Origin: Capsulimonadales bacterium
GTDB lineage: Bacteria; Armatimonadota; Armatimonadia; Armatimonadales; Armatimonadaceae
Assembly: GCA_033762295.1 (NCBI GenBank)
Contig: JANRLW010000077.1
Span: 18,151 to 82,150 of the forward strand
DNA: 64,000 nucleotides
Reading direction: 5' to 3'
Shown: positions 46,684 through 56,593 of the stretch, piece by piece
Layout of the letters: every line of letters begins with the position of its first letter
Position numbering within the stretch: position 1 is the first letter of the stretch
Made by a program: the position numbers and the translations under genes
Notes under the pieces: model-generated
What the model saw: the letters and a program-made list of their open reading frames with translations, nothing else
The model's database searches: none
Told to the model about the DNA's origin: nothing

Positions 46684-47720
46684 ATCAAACTCGCTTCATG
46701 GGGACCGCGGGCGATATTTCCGATCAATGCCGCCTGCTCTCCGGCGTCGTTCAGTTCACGTACCAGGGTTGGCCCCAGTTCGGCGGGAACGACCAGTACC
46801 ATGCCGATCCCCATATTGAACGTTCGGAACATCTCGGCGTCGGGCACATGGCCCAGTTCCTGAATCAGTCGAAAGATGGCGGGCGGCGTCCATGCCCGCC
46901 GTTCGATCACCGCCTGACAATCGGTGGGGAGAACGCGAGGGATGTTGTCATAGAATCCGCCGCCGGTGATATGGGCGATGGCATGAATATCAAATCGTTC
47001 GAGCAGCGGGAGCAAAGCCGGCGCATAGCAGCGATGCGGCGCAAGGAGCGCATCACCGATCGTTGTTCCCAGGTCGGGAACGTATCGTTCGTGCGGCAAC
47101 CCGGCTTTCTCGAAAAGGACGTGTCGGGCGAGACTGTAACCATTGGTGTGCAGTCCGTCGGACGCCAGACCGATAATGGCATCGCCGGGGCTGACCCGGC
47201 TGCCATCGATGATTCGTCCCCGTTCCACCAGTCCGACGATACAACCGGCGAGGTCGTACTCTCCGGGCGCGTACATTCCGGGCATCTCCGCCGTTTCTCC
47301 GCCGAGAAGCGCACAACCGACCACCCGACATCCGTCCGCTATTCCTTTGACGACATCGGCGGCGATCGCCGGATCGAGTCGTCCGGTTCCGAAGTAATCC
47401 AGGAAAAAGAGCGGGCGGGCGCCCTGGACAAGAATATCGTTGACGCAATGCCAGACGAGGTCGCGTCCGACCGTATCGTGTCGCCCGACCATCTGCGCTA
47501 CCTTCAGTTTGGTTCCGACTCCGTCGATGGAGGCAACCAGCACCGGTTCCGACACGGCGGACTTATCGAGCGCATACATTCCGCCGAAGGAGCCGACATC
47601 CGCGAGCACCGCCGCGTTAAAGGTCGAGCGAACGTGCTCCTTCATCCGCAGTACCGCCTCGTTCCCGGCGTCAATGTCAACACCGGCATCCGCATAGGTC
47701 GTCGCCAAATTCTCCTCCAT
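46680..47720 (-). CDS. purM: Phosphoribosylformylglycinamidine cyclo-ligase
   Basis: YADAGVDID, DGVGTK, GGETAEMPG, HTNGYSL, HITGGG and TFNMGIG motifs. Confidence 0.97.
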   Translation of the reverse strand: MEENLATTYADAGVDIDAGNEAVLRMKEHVRSTFNAAVLADVGSFGGMYALDKSAVSEPVLVASIDGVGTKLKVAQMVGRHDTVGRDLVWHCVNDILVQGARPLFFLDYFGTGRLDPAIAADVVKGIADGCRVVGCALLGGETAEMPGMYAPGEYDLAGCIVGLVERGRIIDGSRVSPGDAIIGLASDGLHTNGYSLARHVLFEKAGLPHERYVPDLGTTIGDALLAPHRCYAPALLPLLERFDIHAIAHITGGGFYDNIPRVLPTDCQAVIERRAWTPPAIFRLIQELGHVPDAEMFRTFNMGIGMVLVVPAELGPTLVRELNDAGEQAALIGNIARGPHEASLI

Positions 47721-47723
47721 CCG

Positions 47724-48740
47724 TCAGTCGTTTCCTTTCGCGCCTGTTTCGCCGTTCAGACCGATGTCCTCAGGCGTCGCCGCCGCAAGCGCACGAACCA
47801 CTATTTCGTCGAGCCGTTCGTCACTGTCTATATCGTCGATCCTTCGCTCGATCTCCTCGGGCAGGTCGGCGAAACGATTGCGCAGAAACAGCCGGAGGAA
47901 CTGCTTCTTGCCGTCTCTGAGGCCTTCCCGAAGACCTTCCCGAAGACCTTCCTGACGGCCTTCCTGACGGCCTTCCCGACGGCCTTCCTCCAGTCCGACC
48001 ATTCGGGCATCCTCCCGGATGATTTCATAGACGCGATTCAAATCCAGTACGGCCATGCTTGGTTCATCGCTCCTTTCCGTCGTCGACCGGATCAACTCCG
48101 CAAAGTCCGTTTCCTCCCGCTCGCTCAACGGCAGGTACCGATTGACCACCGTCGCGAGCAGCAACTTACGCGCTTCATCCAGCGGAGAGGCAACCACTCC
48201 GCGCAACATCCGGAATTTGAAAGAGACACGTTCCGTCGGCGGCGTTCTCATCAAGGCGGCCAGCGCCAGTGCCAGCGGCGACTCGCGAGCCAGATAGTCC
48301 TCTGCCGCAAGGTCGGGTAGACCGACCGCCAGATAATCGAACCGGAGGAACGTCCGTCCCAGGACACCCTCATTATATCGTTCGGTCACGATACCACCGG
48401 CACCGGGCACCAGGTACAACACGATCGGAAAGACGTTCTCACGACGACGGATACGCAGGAGCGAATAGTATTCCCACATCCGGAAGGCGATCTCAGCGCG
48501 TCGGCTTGACTCCACCTCGATATGTACCAGAACGATCTCCGGCTCGCCTTCCCTGGTTCGCACCCGGGCAATGACATCCGCTCGTCGCACCTCACCGTCC
48601 GGGACGTCCGTAAACAGTTCCTGATCGGTAAACGTAATATGAGTCGGGTCAAGGCGAGCAGCCTCTTCCGGGAAGAAAAGCCGGAGAAATTCCGGGAGGA
48701 AGGCCTGCAACACCTCTTTGAAAAGCTGATCGTGATTCAT
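47724..48740 (-). CDS. Rpn/YhgA-like PD-(D/E)xK nuclease family protein
   Basis: HDQLFK, RADV..., HIEVES, FRMWEY and PIVLY motifs; EG(R/L)xEG repeats and a C-terminal L..RF..LP domain; ATGA overlap with nfo. Confidence 0.85.
   Translation of the reverse strand: MNHDQLFKEVLQAFLPEFLRLFFPEEAARLDPTHITFTDQELFTDVPDGEVRRADVIARVRTREGEPEIVLVHIEVESSRRAEIAFRMWEYYSLLRIRRRENVFPIVLYLVPGAGGIVTERYNEGVLGRTFLRFDYLAVGLPDLAAEDYLARESPLALALAALMRTPPTERVSFKFRMLRGVVASPLDEARKLLLATVVNRYLPLSEREETDFAELIRSTTERSDEPSMAVLDLNRVYEIIREDARMVGLEEGRREGRQEGRQEGLREGLREGLRDGKKQFLRLFLRNRFADLPEEIERRIDDIDSDERLDEIVVRALAAATPEDIGLNGETGAKGND
47921..47990. repeat. About 6 x 12-bp tandem repeat encoding EG(R/L)(R/Q)
   Basis: CCTTCC(C/T)GA(A/C)G(A/G) units; protein EEGRREGRQEGRQEGLREGLREGLR. 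Confidence 0.85.
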
Positions 48741-49609
48741 ATCGGGGGCAGGACGGAGTTCGGGGAGAGAAGATTTTTCAATCGCCACACATTTTGCACG
48801 TGCATGGACTCGGCCTCGGGCGTTTCCACGATGACCGGCAGGCCGTCCGGCAGACGCGTGTCCGAGAGAAACGCGCGAAACCCCGCGAACCCGATCTTTC
48901 CCTCACCGATATGCGCGTGCCGGTCGGTCCGGGAACCCAGTCCCTTCTCGGCATCGTTGGCATGGATACAGACCAGTCGCCGGATACCGACTTTCCGATC
49001 GAACTCGTCCCAGACGGCCCGCGCCCGCGCCTCATCGCGGATATCATAACCGGCAACAAAAATATGACAGGTATCCAGACAGACCGCGAGTCGTTCCGGC
49101 TCGCGTACCAGCGCGAAAATTTGAGGGAACTCGTCGAAGGACGCCCCCAGAGTCGTTCCCTGTCCGGCGGTCGTTTCGAGAGCCACCCGGACCCGGTATT
49201 CGGGAATCCTTTCCTGCAGCCAGTTCAGACTTTCGGCGAGCCGTCGTATACCCGTTTCCGTACCCGCTCCGGTATGGGCCCCCATATGGGTCACGACGAA
49301 ATCCAACCCCAGCTGTTCGGCCCGCCGCATCTCTTCCAGAAAGGCGCGTCGGGATTTCTCGACCAGAGCCTCCTCTCCGCTGGCGAGATTGATCAGATAG
49401 GAGTCATGCGCGATGAGCGGATAAACTCCGGTCGCTTCGGTCATCCGACGGAACGCACGAATTTTGGCGGGATCCGGAGGCGCACTGTTCCACTGACGCG
49501 GCGACGCCGTGAAAATCTGGACCGTATCGCAACCGATCCGAACTCCGGCCGAAAGGGCGCGATGCAGTCCGCCGGTCGTCGGCATATGCGCACCGAAACG
49601 CAGGGCCAC
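48737..49609 (-). CDS. nfo: Endonuclease IV
   Basis: GAH, HDSYLINLA, LETTAGQG, CLDTCH, HAND, DRHAHIGEG and ETP motifs. Confidence 0.95.
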   Translation of the reverse strand: MALRFGAHMPTTGGLHRALSAGVRIGCDTVQIFTASPRQWNSAPPDPAKIRAFRRMTEATGVYPLIAHDSYLINLASGEEALVEKSRRAFLEEMRRAEQLGLDFVVTHMGAHTGAGTETGIRRLAESLNWLQERIPEYRVRVALETTAGQGTTLGASFDEFPQIFALVREPERLAVCLDTCHIFVAGYDIRDEARARAVWDEFDRKVGIRRLVCIHANDAEKGLGSRTDRHAHIGEGKIGFAGFRAFLSDTRLPDGLPVIVETPEAESMHVQNVWRLKNLLSPNSVLPPI

Positions 49610-49613
49610 GGAA

Positions 49614-50102
49614 TCACTCTCCGTCCGCGCCCGGCTGCGCCAGACCCTTGATCAGATTCGCCATTTCGATCGCCGCCGCCGCCGCCTCCGCCCCTTTGTT
49701 CCCGGCTTTGGTCCCGGCCCGCTCGATCGCCTGCTCGATGCTGTCGGTGGTCAGAATTCCGAATGTGACCGGCACCCCCGAGTTCATCATCGCCTGGGCG
49801 ATTCCTTTGCTGCATTCGCCGGCGATGTAATCAAAATGGGGCGTCGAACCGCGGATCAGGCAACCCAGACAGATCACGGCGTCGTAGTTTCCGGAGAGCG
49901 CCATCATCTGGGCGACCAGAGGCACCTCGAATGTCCCCGGCACGCGGGCGACATCGACGATATCCGGCAGGGCGCCATGCCGCTTCAGGGTGTCCAGAGC
50001 GCCATCGAGGAGACGTTCGGTGATAAATGCGTTCCAGCGGGAGACCACGATTCCGAAACGGAGGCCTCCCGCAATCATATTTCCTTCGAAGTATCGTGGC
50101 AT
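49614..50102 (-). CDS. ribH: 6,7-dimethyl-8-ribityllumazine synthase
   Basis: [18 protein letters not shown] and [11 protein letters not shown] motifs. Confidence 0.97.
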   Translation of the reverse strand: MPRYFEGNMIAGGLRFGIVVSRWNAFITERLLDGALDTLKRHGALPDIVDVARVPGTFEVPLVAQMMALSGNYDAVICLGCLIRGSTPHFDYIAGECSKGIAQAMMNSGVPVTFGILTTDSIEQAIERAGTKAGNKGAEAAAAAIEMANLIKGLAQPGADGE

Positions 50103-50110
50103 AACGGACT

Positions 50111-50119
50111 ATTATAGCA
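50111..50119 (-). promoter_or_regulatory. Extended -10 promoter for ribH
   Basis: TGCTATAAT on the minus strand, 8 nt before ATG 50102; no SD sequence. Confidence 0.55.
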
Positions 50120-50121
50120 GA

Positions 50122-50161
50122 GTTCAGGCCGCTCGTTCACCTGTCAACGAGCGGCCTGAAC
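50122..50161 (-). terminator. 16-bp-stem hairpin after the DUF4412-like pair
   Basis: GTTCAGGCCGCTCGTT-N8-AACGAGCGGCCTGAAC. Confidence 0.55.
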
Positions 50162-50197
50162 GGACTCTTACGGTCAGTTTCGGATTAACCGGTTTCG

Positions 50198-51100
50198 TTA
50201 GTTGGTTCCGGTCTTTCCGGCCGAAGCGGGAGCCGCACCGGGCAGCGCCCCCGCCGGAGTTTCCGTTTTCACTTCGGTGTAGTCCTTCGGCAATTCGAAG
50301 AGAGAGTCATCGAGATTCTCCTCGGAGATGGACTTGACCTCGGTGGTGGTGATGATCGGTTCCTTCGGCATGCTGGCCGCCGCCTGCGGGGCGGCGTTCT
50401 TGGGCAGAATGAAGGAGACGGTGACCACGGACGAAAGCGGGAACCCCTTGATCGTCGCCATCTTTTCGATCATCTCCGACATACCCTTCGCCATCATCGG
50501 CGGGATGGAACGGGCCATATTGGTCTGGGCGATCTTCTGATAGTTCACCGGGAACCGGACGTCCTCGGTCGTCCACTGCTCGCCCTTGATCGTGATCGTC
50601 GGCATCATCTGCGCGAAGGCGGCGATCTGATCATCCCCGCCTTCCAGGCTCATTTTGAAACTGGTGTTATAGGTATACTGCTTCGCGTTCTTTCCGGCAA
50701 TGCTTTTGGTGGCCGTTCCGGGGGTGATGGTGGTCTGGGTCTCGATCTTGAGCATCTGCATGATCGGATTATCCGCCGTCATCGCCTCGATGTCGGAAAG
50801 TTTGAAAACCGTGTAGGTCTTCTTGGCAGGGTTCAGGGTGTAGGTCGTTCCGGTCGCCAGATCCGAAATGGTCACGGTCTTGCCGCCGGGCTTTTCGGTT
50901 TCGATACGCTGCTTCTCCCCCTTGTAATAGGAGGTCGTCACGGACTTATCCGGCAGATTCGCCTTGGTGGCGGTCGGTGCGCCCTTGACCGTGACTTCGG
51001 CGACAAATTTGATGTCGGCGTAGGCCGATGCGGCGACGCAAAAGAGAGCGACCCCGGCCGCGGCCCGTGCGCCCCACTTCGGGAAAACAAGAGATTTCAT
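50198..51100 (-). CDS. Secreted DUF4412-like protein (paralog 1)
   Basis: Signal peptide (SAYA-D); YYKGEKQRIE, LNPAKKTY, KSIAG, GFPL and SLFELPKDY. Confidence 0.7.
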   Translation of the reverse strand: MKSLVFPKWGARAAAGVALFCVAASAYADIKFVAEVTVKGAPTATKANLPDKSVTTSYYKGEKQRIETEKPGGKTVTISDLATGTTYTLNPAKKTYTVFKLSDIEAMTADNPIMQMLKIETQTTITPGTATKSIAGKNAKQYTYNTSFKMSLEGGDDQIAAFAQMMPTITIKGEQWTTEDVRFPVNYQKIAQTNMARSIPPMMAKGMSEMIEKMATIKGFPLSSVVTVSFILPKNAAPQAAASMPKEPIITTTEVKSISEENLDDSLFELPKDYTEVKTETPAGALPGAAPASAGKTGTN

Positions 51101-51152
51101 ATATCAGATTCCTTTTTCCGCTTCCTGAACGGTGTGACCGAAAAATCGGCGA

Positions 51153-51986
51153 TCAGTTGCCCGGCCCCGGCGCGCCGCCCGGTCGTCCGGTCGGGGCGGT
51201 CGCCCTGGTAAAGCCGGCAGGCACGACAAACAACGTATCGGCGAGGCCCTCCTCGCTTATCGAGGTCGCTTCGGTCGCCAACGATTGCCGACGGCCTTCC
51301 TGCGGACCCCCCTGCATGGCGATATTGATCCGCGACTCCAGAGGAATCCCCTTGATCGTTTTGAACTTGTCCATCAACGCCTTGAGACCCGGCACGGCGC
51401 TCATCGGGCTCATCGACGCGGCCATCGCACCGGAGGAGACTGCCACCTGCTCGGCCACCCAGTTTTCGCCGGTCAGGACGATCGTCGGCAGCGTTGGCGG
51501 ACTCGCCGTACTGCCCTGCGCCTTCATCCGATCCAGCATCTCCTTCTTAAGAGACATTTTGATGGTGGCGGTGAATACGTAATTTTTTGTCTGTTTTCCC
51601 AGTATTTTCTTGGTTTTTCCGCCCGGTTTCAGGGTGACAGCCGTCTTCATCTCGACCATCCGCAACATGGCATTGTCCGAGAGCGCCGCAATCGGCACGA
51701 CGTTGTACGTTTTCGCCGTCATGTTGAGACTGGTGACGGTTCCCTTTTCCCCATCGAAAAGAACGACGGTGTTACCCGTCTCCGATCGCATCTTCTTTCC
51801 CTTGTAATACACAACACTGGTCGTCGGCTTGCCGCCGGAAGCTGCCCCGGTGACCCGGGACGTCAATTTCAGATCGGCGCTCGCCCCGGAGGCCAGGATC
51901 AGAGCGAGCCCGATCCCCGCAACAAAGCGTGTGACCGGACGGCGTGACTGTCGAGCGAGGACGGTTGTGGAACGGTAATCAGGCAT
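51153..51986 (-). CDS. Secreted DUF4412-like protein (paralog 2)
   Basis: Signal peptide (GASA-D); YYKGKKMRSE, LNMTAKTY, KKILG, GIPL and TLFVVPAGF; start ATG 51986. Confidence 0.7.
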   Translation of the reverse strand: MPDYRSTTVLARQSRRPVTRFVAGIGLALILASGASADLKLTSRVTGAASGGKPTTSVVYYKGKKMRSETGNTVVLFDGEKGTVTSLNMTAKTYNVVPIAALSDNAMLRMVEMKTAVTLKPGGKTKKILGKQTKNYVFTATIKMSLKKEMLDRMKAQGSTASPPTLPTIVLTGENWVAEQVAVSSGAMAASMSPMSAVPGLKALMDKFKTIKGIPLESRINIAMQGGPQEGRRQSLATEATSISEEGLADTLFVVPAGFTRATAPTGRPGGAPGPGN

Positions 51987-52035
51987 AAACTTCTCTCGTA
52001 GTTGGAATTTCAACGGTCGACCCGGCGTTCGCGAT

Positions 52036-53301
52036 TTACATCGCGCCATTCGTACCGTTCGCACGGCTATCCTCCGCCTCGGTCGGTCGCTCCGTGACGG
52101 GGAGCAGATGCCCCATGCGGGAACGCTTTGTTTCAAGGTAGCGGACATTGAACGGGTTCGGTTCGGTTCGGATCGGGACCACTTCGGTAATCTCGATTCC
52201 GAATCCGTCCAGACCGGCCAGTTTCGCCGGGTTGTTGGTCATATACCGGAGACGACGCAGACCGAGATCGACGAGGATCTGTGCGCCGATCCCGTAGTCC
52301 CGCAAGTCCGCTTTCATCCCGAGCATCAGGTTGGCGTCCACCGTGTCCGCTCCCTTATCCTGAAGGGCGTAAGCACGGATTTTGTTGACAAGGCCGATGC
52401 CACGCCCCTCCTGCTCGATATAGAGCAGAACCCCGCGGCCCGCCTCGCTGATTTTGGTCAATGCCAGGTGGAGCTGATCGCCGCAATCGCAGCGAAGAGA
52501 CTGCAGAAGATCCCCGGTGACACAGGACGAATGGATACGACACAGCACGGGTTCCTCGCCGGCAAGGTCGCCCATAACGAAGGCGACATAATCGCTGTTG
52601 TCCACATCGGACCAGTACGCATGCGCCCGGAACGCGCCATAGCGGGTGGGCAGATCGCATTCGTCGATTTTACGAATCAGTTTTTCCGTTCGGCGGCGAT
52701 GCTTGATCAGGTCGGCAATGGTGATGATCTTCAGGCCAAGGCGTCCGGCCAGTCCGATCAGTTCGGGCAGACGCGCCATCTCCCCGCTATCCCCCATGAT
52801 TTCGGAGATGACGGCAACCGGCTGTAATCCGGCCAGACGCATCAGGTCGACGCCGGCTTCCGTATGCCCGGCGCGTTTCAGTACGCCGCCGTTTTTCGCC
52901 ATCAGGGGGCAGACATGGCCGGGCCGATTGAAATCGCCGGCCCGCGCGGCGGGATCGGCCAGTTTCCGCATGGTCAGCGCACGGTCAAAGGCGCTGCTCC
53001 CGGTAGTCGTTCCCTCCCGTGCATCGACGGTCACCGTAAACGCCGTCCGCATCGACTCGGAGTTCTCGCGTACCATCAGGTCCAGTTGCAGGGCCAGCAG
53101 CCGATCCTCCGGCATGGGGTTCGTGATGATGCCGCTTCCCTGGCGAATCATCAGTGTGACGGCCTCCGGAGTGACGAACTGGGCCGCCATGACAAAATCA
53201 CCTTCGTTTTCCCGGTCCTCATCATCGACCAGTATGATGAATTTGCCCGCGCGCAGATCCTCGATCGCCTCCTCTACCGTGGCGAAGGGATTCGTTTCCA
53301 T
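52036..53301 (-). CDS. ribBA: Bifunctional DHBP synthase / GTP cyclohydrolase II
   Basis: DDEDRENEGD, RAGHTEA, RIHSSCVTGD...RCDCG, QEGRGIGL and TNNP motifs. Confidence 0.96.
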   Translation of the reverse strand: METNPFATVEEAIEDLRAGKFIILVDDEDRENEGDFVMAAQFVTPEAVTLMIRQGSGIITNPMPEDRLLALQLDLMVRENSESMRTAFTVTVDAREGTTTGSSAFDRALTMRKLADPAARAGDFNRPGHVCPLMAKNGGVLKRAGHTEAGVDLMRLAGLQPVAVISEIMGDSGEMARLPELIGLAGRLGLKIITIADLIKHRRRTEKLIRKIDECDLPTRYGAFRAHAYWSDVDNSDYVAFVMGDLAGEEPVLCRIHSSCVTGDLLQSLRCDCGDQLHLALTKISEAGRGVLLYIEQEGRGIGLVNKIRAYALQDKGADTVDANLMLGMKADLRDYGIGAQILVDLGLRRLRYMTNNPAKLAGLDGFGIEITEVVPIRTEPNPFNVRYLETKRSRMGHLLPVTERPTEAEDSRANGTNGAM

Positions 53302-53351
53302 TCCGCAGCCTTTCCGTTCCGTGACGTTCGTGCCTCTCAACGGTCGTCCGG

Positions 53352-54080
53352 TTACCAGCGTTCCGACTCTTCTCGCTGAGCGGTCGCCACCCCGTAGCTT
53401 CCGTACCCTCCGGTATCGGGCGTGTATCCGGCCCGTGCCAGCAGATCCATCGTCACGCCGCCGCGTTCGGCCGCGCGGTCGGCCCCGGCCAGATATCCCC
53501 CGAGCATCCGCTCGACATACTTGCCGAGGATATCGGTCTCGATATTGACCGTGTCTCCGGCATGCTTTTCCCGAAGCGAGGTATGGTCCCACGTGTGCGG
53601 GATGATGGAAAGGGCAAATGTCCGGTCCGCAGCCTCGGCAATGGTAAGCGAGATGCCGTCCACCGCCACCGAGCCCTTCGTGACAACATATCGCATCAGT
53701 TCGGGCGGGGCATCGACGTAGATAAAGTAGGAGTTACCGATCGGACGGATCGAGGCGATGATTCCGGTGCCGTCCACATGACCCTGAACGATATGTCCTC
53801 CGAGTCTTCCGCCCACCTGCACCGCTCGTTCCAGATTGACGCTGTCACCGATGCGGAGTTGACCGAGCGTTGTTTTACGCAAGGTTTCATACACCGCCTC
53901 AAAGGTGATATGGGGAGGCTCGAAACGAGTGGCGGTCAGGCAGACGCCATTGATCGCGACCGAATCTCCCAGACTGATATCCTCCGCGATTTTCCCTCCG
54001 GAAATCGTCAGTTCGACCCCTTCTCCGTTCCGCTCAATGCCGGTTACCTTTCCGACGACCTCTATGATACCCGTGAACAT
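53352..54080 (-). CDS. ribE: Riboflavin synthase (alpha chain)
   Basis: MFTGII, NGVCLT, GGHIVQGHVDG and KGSVAVDGISLT motifs. Confidence 0.95.
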   Translation of the reverse strand: MFTGIIEVVGKVTGIERNGEGVELTISGGKIAEDISLGDSVAINGVCLTATRFEPPHITFEAVYETLRKTTLGQLRIGDSVNLERAVQVGGRLGGHIVQGHVDGTGIIASIRPIGNSYFIYVDAPPELMRYVVTKGSVAVDGISLTIAEAADRTFALSIIPHTWDHTSLREKHAGDTVNIETDILGKYVERMLGGYLAGADRAAERGGVTMDLLARAGYTPDTGGYGSYGVATAQREESERW

Positions 54081-54130
54081 GATCGACTGTTAGCTCCCGT
54101 CTATTTTTCGCGCCGTCTCACTCCGTTACT

Positions 54131-55318
54131 TCACTTCCTGTATACAATATCCCCTACATCCGCCGTAATGGCAATATCCTCGCCAAAACGACGGACTCGC
54201 AGCGAACCGGTCACGAAAGCCTCGGCCATTCCCGCTGCAAGTCCCGTACCGTCGATCGGGGTCGGTCCCGCGCCTCCGATCAATTTCGGCGCAATAAAGT
54301 AAATAACCCGGTTGATCAGCTTCGCCCGATGGAACGCGGCGGCCAGTTCGCCCCCGGACTCCAGCAGTACGGCCAGACACCCCCGGGCGGCAACGAGTTC
54401 CATCGCTCGCACGACATCCACCCGCCCGTTATCGTCCGCCGGGACGGTCCGCACTTCCGCGCCCGCCTCGACCAGACGCCGTCCTTTCGGCGAGTCCGTC
54501 TCCTCCGTCGTCAGAAACAGCGTCCCCGGACGAACGACCCTCGCCCCCACGGGCGTTCGCAGTCGGCTATCCATAATGACCCGCAACGGGTCTCGACCGT
54601 TCCCGGACGGCAGTCGAACGGTCAGAGACGGGTCATCGGTCAGAATCGTGCCGATGCCGACGACGATGGCATCGACCCGATTTCGAAGGCGGTGAACGTA
54701 CCGGCGCGATCGCCCCCCCGTAATCCATCGCGCACTTCCGTCCGGCGCGGCGATCTTCCCGTCGAGGGTCATCGCGGCCTTATGGAGGATAAATGGCAGT
54801 CCGAGGGTGCGATGACGCAGAAACGGCAGGTTGAGCGTTCGGGCCGCCGCTTCCTCCGTCCCAACGCTCACTTCGATTCCGGCCGCCCGGAGATGAGCGA
54901 AACCGTTGCCATTGACCCGCACGTCCGGATCGGCGATGGCGCAGACGACCCGGGCAACCCCCGCCCGAACGCATCGCTCGGCACAGGGCAGACGCGGCTG
55001 TCCGTTCAGGCCGACGAAATGGGCGCAGGGTTCCAGGGTGACATAGATGGTGGCTCCGCGAGCGGCCTCTCCGGCGGCGGCGAGAGCCATCGTTTCCGCG
55101 TGGTCGGTTCCGACTCCGCGATGCCAGCCCCGGCCGATAATCCGGCCGTCACGGACGACCAACGCACCGACCAGCGGGTTCGGGTGGGTCCGTCCGACCG
55201 CCTTCAGCGCGAGACGAAGGGCCTGTCGCATAAACGCTTGGTCGAACGCTTCGGTCACTTCGGAGGTCGGCGGGCGGTTGTCAGGATCGGTCGTCGGGTT
55301 CTCCGGATCGCTTTTCAC
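54131..55318 (-). CDS. ribD: Riboflavin deaminase/reductase
   Basis: PNPLVGA, HAE, TLEPC...PC, TLDGKIA, DDPSLTVR and ESGG motifs. Confidence 0.95.
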   Translation of the reverse strand: MKSDPENPTTDPDNRPPTSEVTEAFDQAFMRQALRLALKAVGRTHPNPLVGALVVRDGRIIGRGWHRGVGTDHAETMALAAAGEAARGATIYVTLEPCAHFVGLNGQPRLPCAERCVRAGVARVVCAIADPDVRVNGNGFAHLRAAGIEVSVGTEEAAARTLNLPFLRHRTLGLPFILHKAAMTLDGKIAAPDGSARWITGGRSRRYVHRLRNRVDAIVVGIGTILTDDPSLTVRLPSGNGRDPLRVIMDSRLRTPVGARVVRPGTLFLTTEETDSPKGRRLVEAGAEVRTVPADDNGRVDVVRAMELVAARGCLAVLLESGGELAAAFHRAKLINRVIYFIAPKLIGGAGPTPIDGTGLAAGMAEAFVTGSLRVRRFGEDIAITADVGDIVYRK

Positions 55319-55727
55319 TCTCGTCCTCGACGATACCTGTCGCAGAGCCGGTTTTGATACCCGTCAGGCGCTGTTGCTCCTCCTGCCACATGTTCATCAG
55401 GTAGTCGCGTTTTTCCCGACGGACGGCGACAAAGGATTCGAGCGAGTCCAGAAAGGCGATGACCGGCAGAATCAGACCGAGCATCAGACAGGACGCCCAG
55501 TAAAATATCATGCGGATCAATCCCGCGCGTGGAGTGACATCGGCACGAAAATCGATGTACGTCCCGATAAACACCAGCATCAGTAGCAGGCTGAGCAGAA
55601 AAAGCCCGACCGTCCGATACAGACGTGAGCGTCCGGTCAACGCACCGTACCGGTTCGGATAGGCGTAAACGGTATAAAATAGCGTGGCGGCAAGTAGCAC
55701 TGCCATCACAATCTGTGCGGGCGACAT
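55281..55727 (-). CDS. Hypothetical membrane protein (3 TM)
   Basis: Three hydrophobic segments; GGAGG RBS; overlaps the ribD start. Confidence 0.7.
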   Translation of the reverse strand: MSPAQIVMAVLLAATLFYTVYAYPNRYGALTGRSRLYRTVGLFLLSLLLMLVFIGTYIDFRADVTPRAGLIRMIFYWASCLMLGLILPVIAFLDSLESFVAVRREKRDYLMNMWQEEQQRLTGIKTGSATGIVEDESEKRSGEPDDRS

Positions 55728-55846
55728 TTTTCCGGCCTCCGCTTTATTTTACCGCTCCGGTGCCGGTTACGTTCCCATGGGGAATAGGCGTAAAAAATCA
55801 TTGCCTGCTTCCGAGGATATTTCCTCACGGTAGAACCGTCGATCGC

Positions 55847-56566
55847 CTACGGTTCGGCGGCGGCGGCGCGCAGGGCGGCGATCCCCCCGGAGATGCCTCC
55901 CTGAGGATGATGAAAAATGTACGATCCGGCGACAAGAACATCCGCGCCATCCCGGACGAGCATCGGCGCGGTCCGGTCATCGACCCCACCGTCCACCGAG
56001 ATCAGGAAGGAAGCTCCCTCCTGTTCGCGCAGACGGGCCAAATCTCCGACCTTATCGCCTGCGGCCGGCAGAAACTTCTGTCCGCCGAATCCGGGGTTGA
56101 CCGTCATTACCAGCACCAGATCGATATCATCGAGAACGTATCGGAGGGAATCCGGGTGGGTCGCCGGGTTCAATGCGATCCCGGCCCGCCGTCCGCAGGC
56201 GCGAATGGCGGCCAGGGTACGCTGCAGATGCGGCGTCACTTCGACATGGACCGTGATCAGATCGGCGCCCGCCGCAGCGAAGACTTCGATCAGATCGTAG
56301 GGCCGCTCCACCATCAGATGCACATCGAACGGTGTATTCGGATGCAGGGGCCGTAAGGCCCGTACCAGGTCTGGGCCGAAGGAGAGGTTGGGGACGAAAT
56401 GCCCGTCCATCACATCGAAATGGAGCCAGTCGGCGCCGGCATGCACGCAGGCGGAGGCGCCGTCCGCAAAATGACCGAAATCGGCGGCCAGAAGCGATGG
56501 CGCAACCCGCACCTGCCCTTCCGGCAGACGGTCCATATCCGGCATGCTGGTCAATGGATCAAGCAT
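55847..56566 (-). CDS. rpe: Ribulose-phosphate 3-epimerase
   Basis: APSLLAADF, HFDVMDGHFVPN, DVHLMV, MTVNPGFGGQ and VDGG motifs. Confidence 0.96.
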   Translation of the reverse strand: MLDPLTSMPDMDRLPEGQVRVAPSLLAADFGHFADGASACVHAGADWLHFDVMDGHFVPNLSFGPDLVRALRPLHPNTPFDVHLMVERPYDLIEVFAAAGADLITVHVEVTPHLQRTLAAIRACGRRAGIALNPATHPDSLRYVLDDIDLVLVMTVNPGFGGQKFLPAAGDKVGDLARLREQEGASFLISVDGGVDDRTAPMLVRDGADVLVAGSYIFHHPQGGISGGIAALRAAAAEP

Positions 56567-56593
56567 TCCGCTCTGCCCTCTTCCCGTCGGTTT

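Noticed and set aside
45285..48320. 1011-aa plus-strand ORF
   Set aside because: Antisense shadow of polA, purM and rpn; high-GC codon bias suppresses stop codons on the opposite strand; no motifs.
47724..48740. rpn gene as an IS/transposase
   Set aside because: No terminal inverted repeats or target duplication; it abuts its neighbours with only a few nucleotides; the family is a PD-(D/E)xK nuclease, not a DDE transposase.
55728..55846. Expected FMN riboswitch upstream of the rib genes
   Set aside because: No RFN consensus (AGGGC.GGGTGAAATTCCC.ACCGGCGG) is visible here or before ribD, ribE or ribH.
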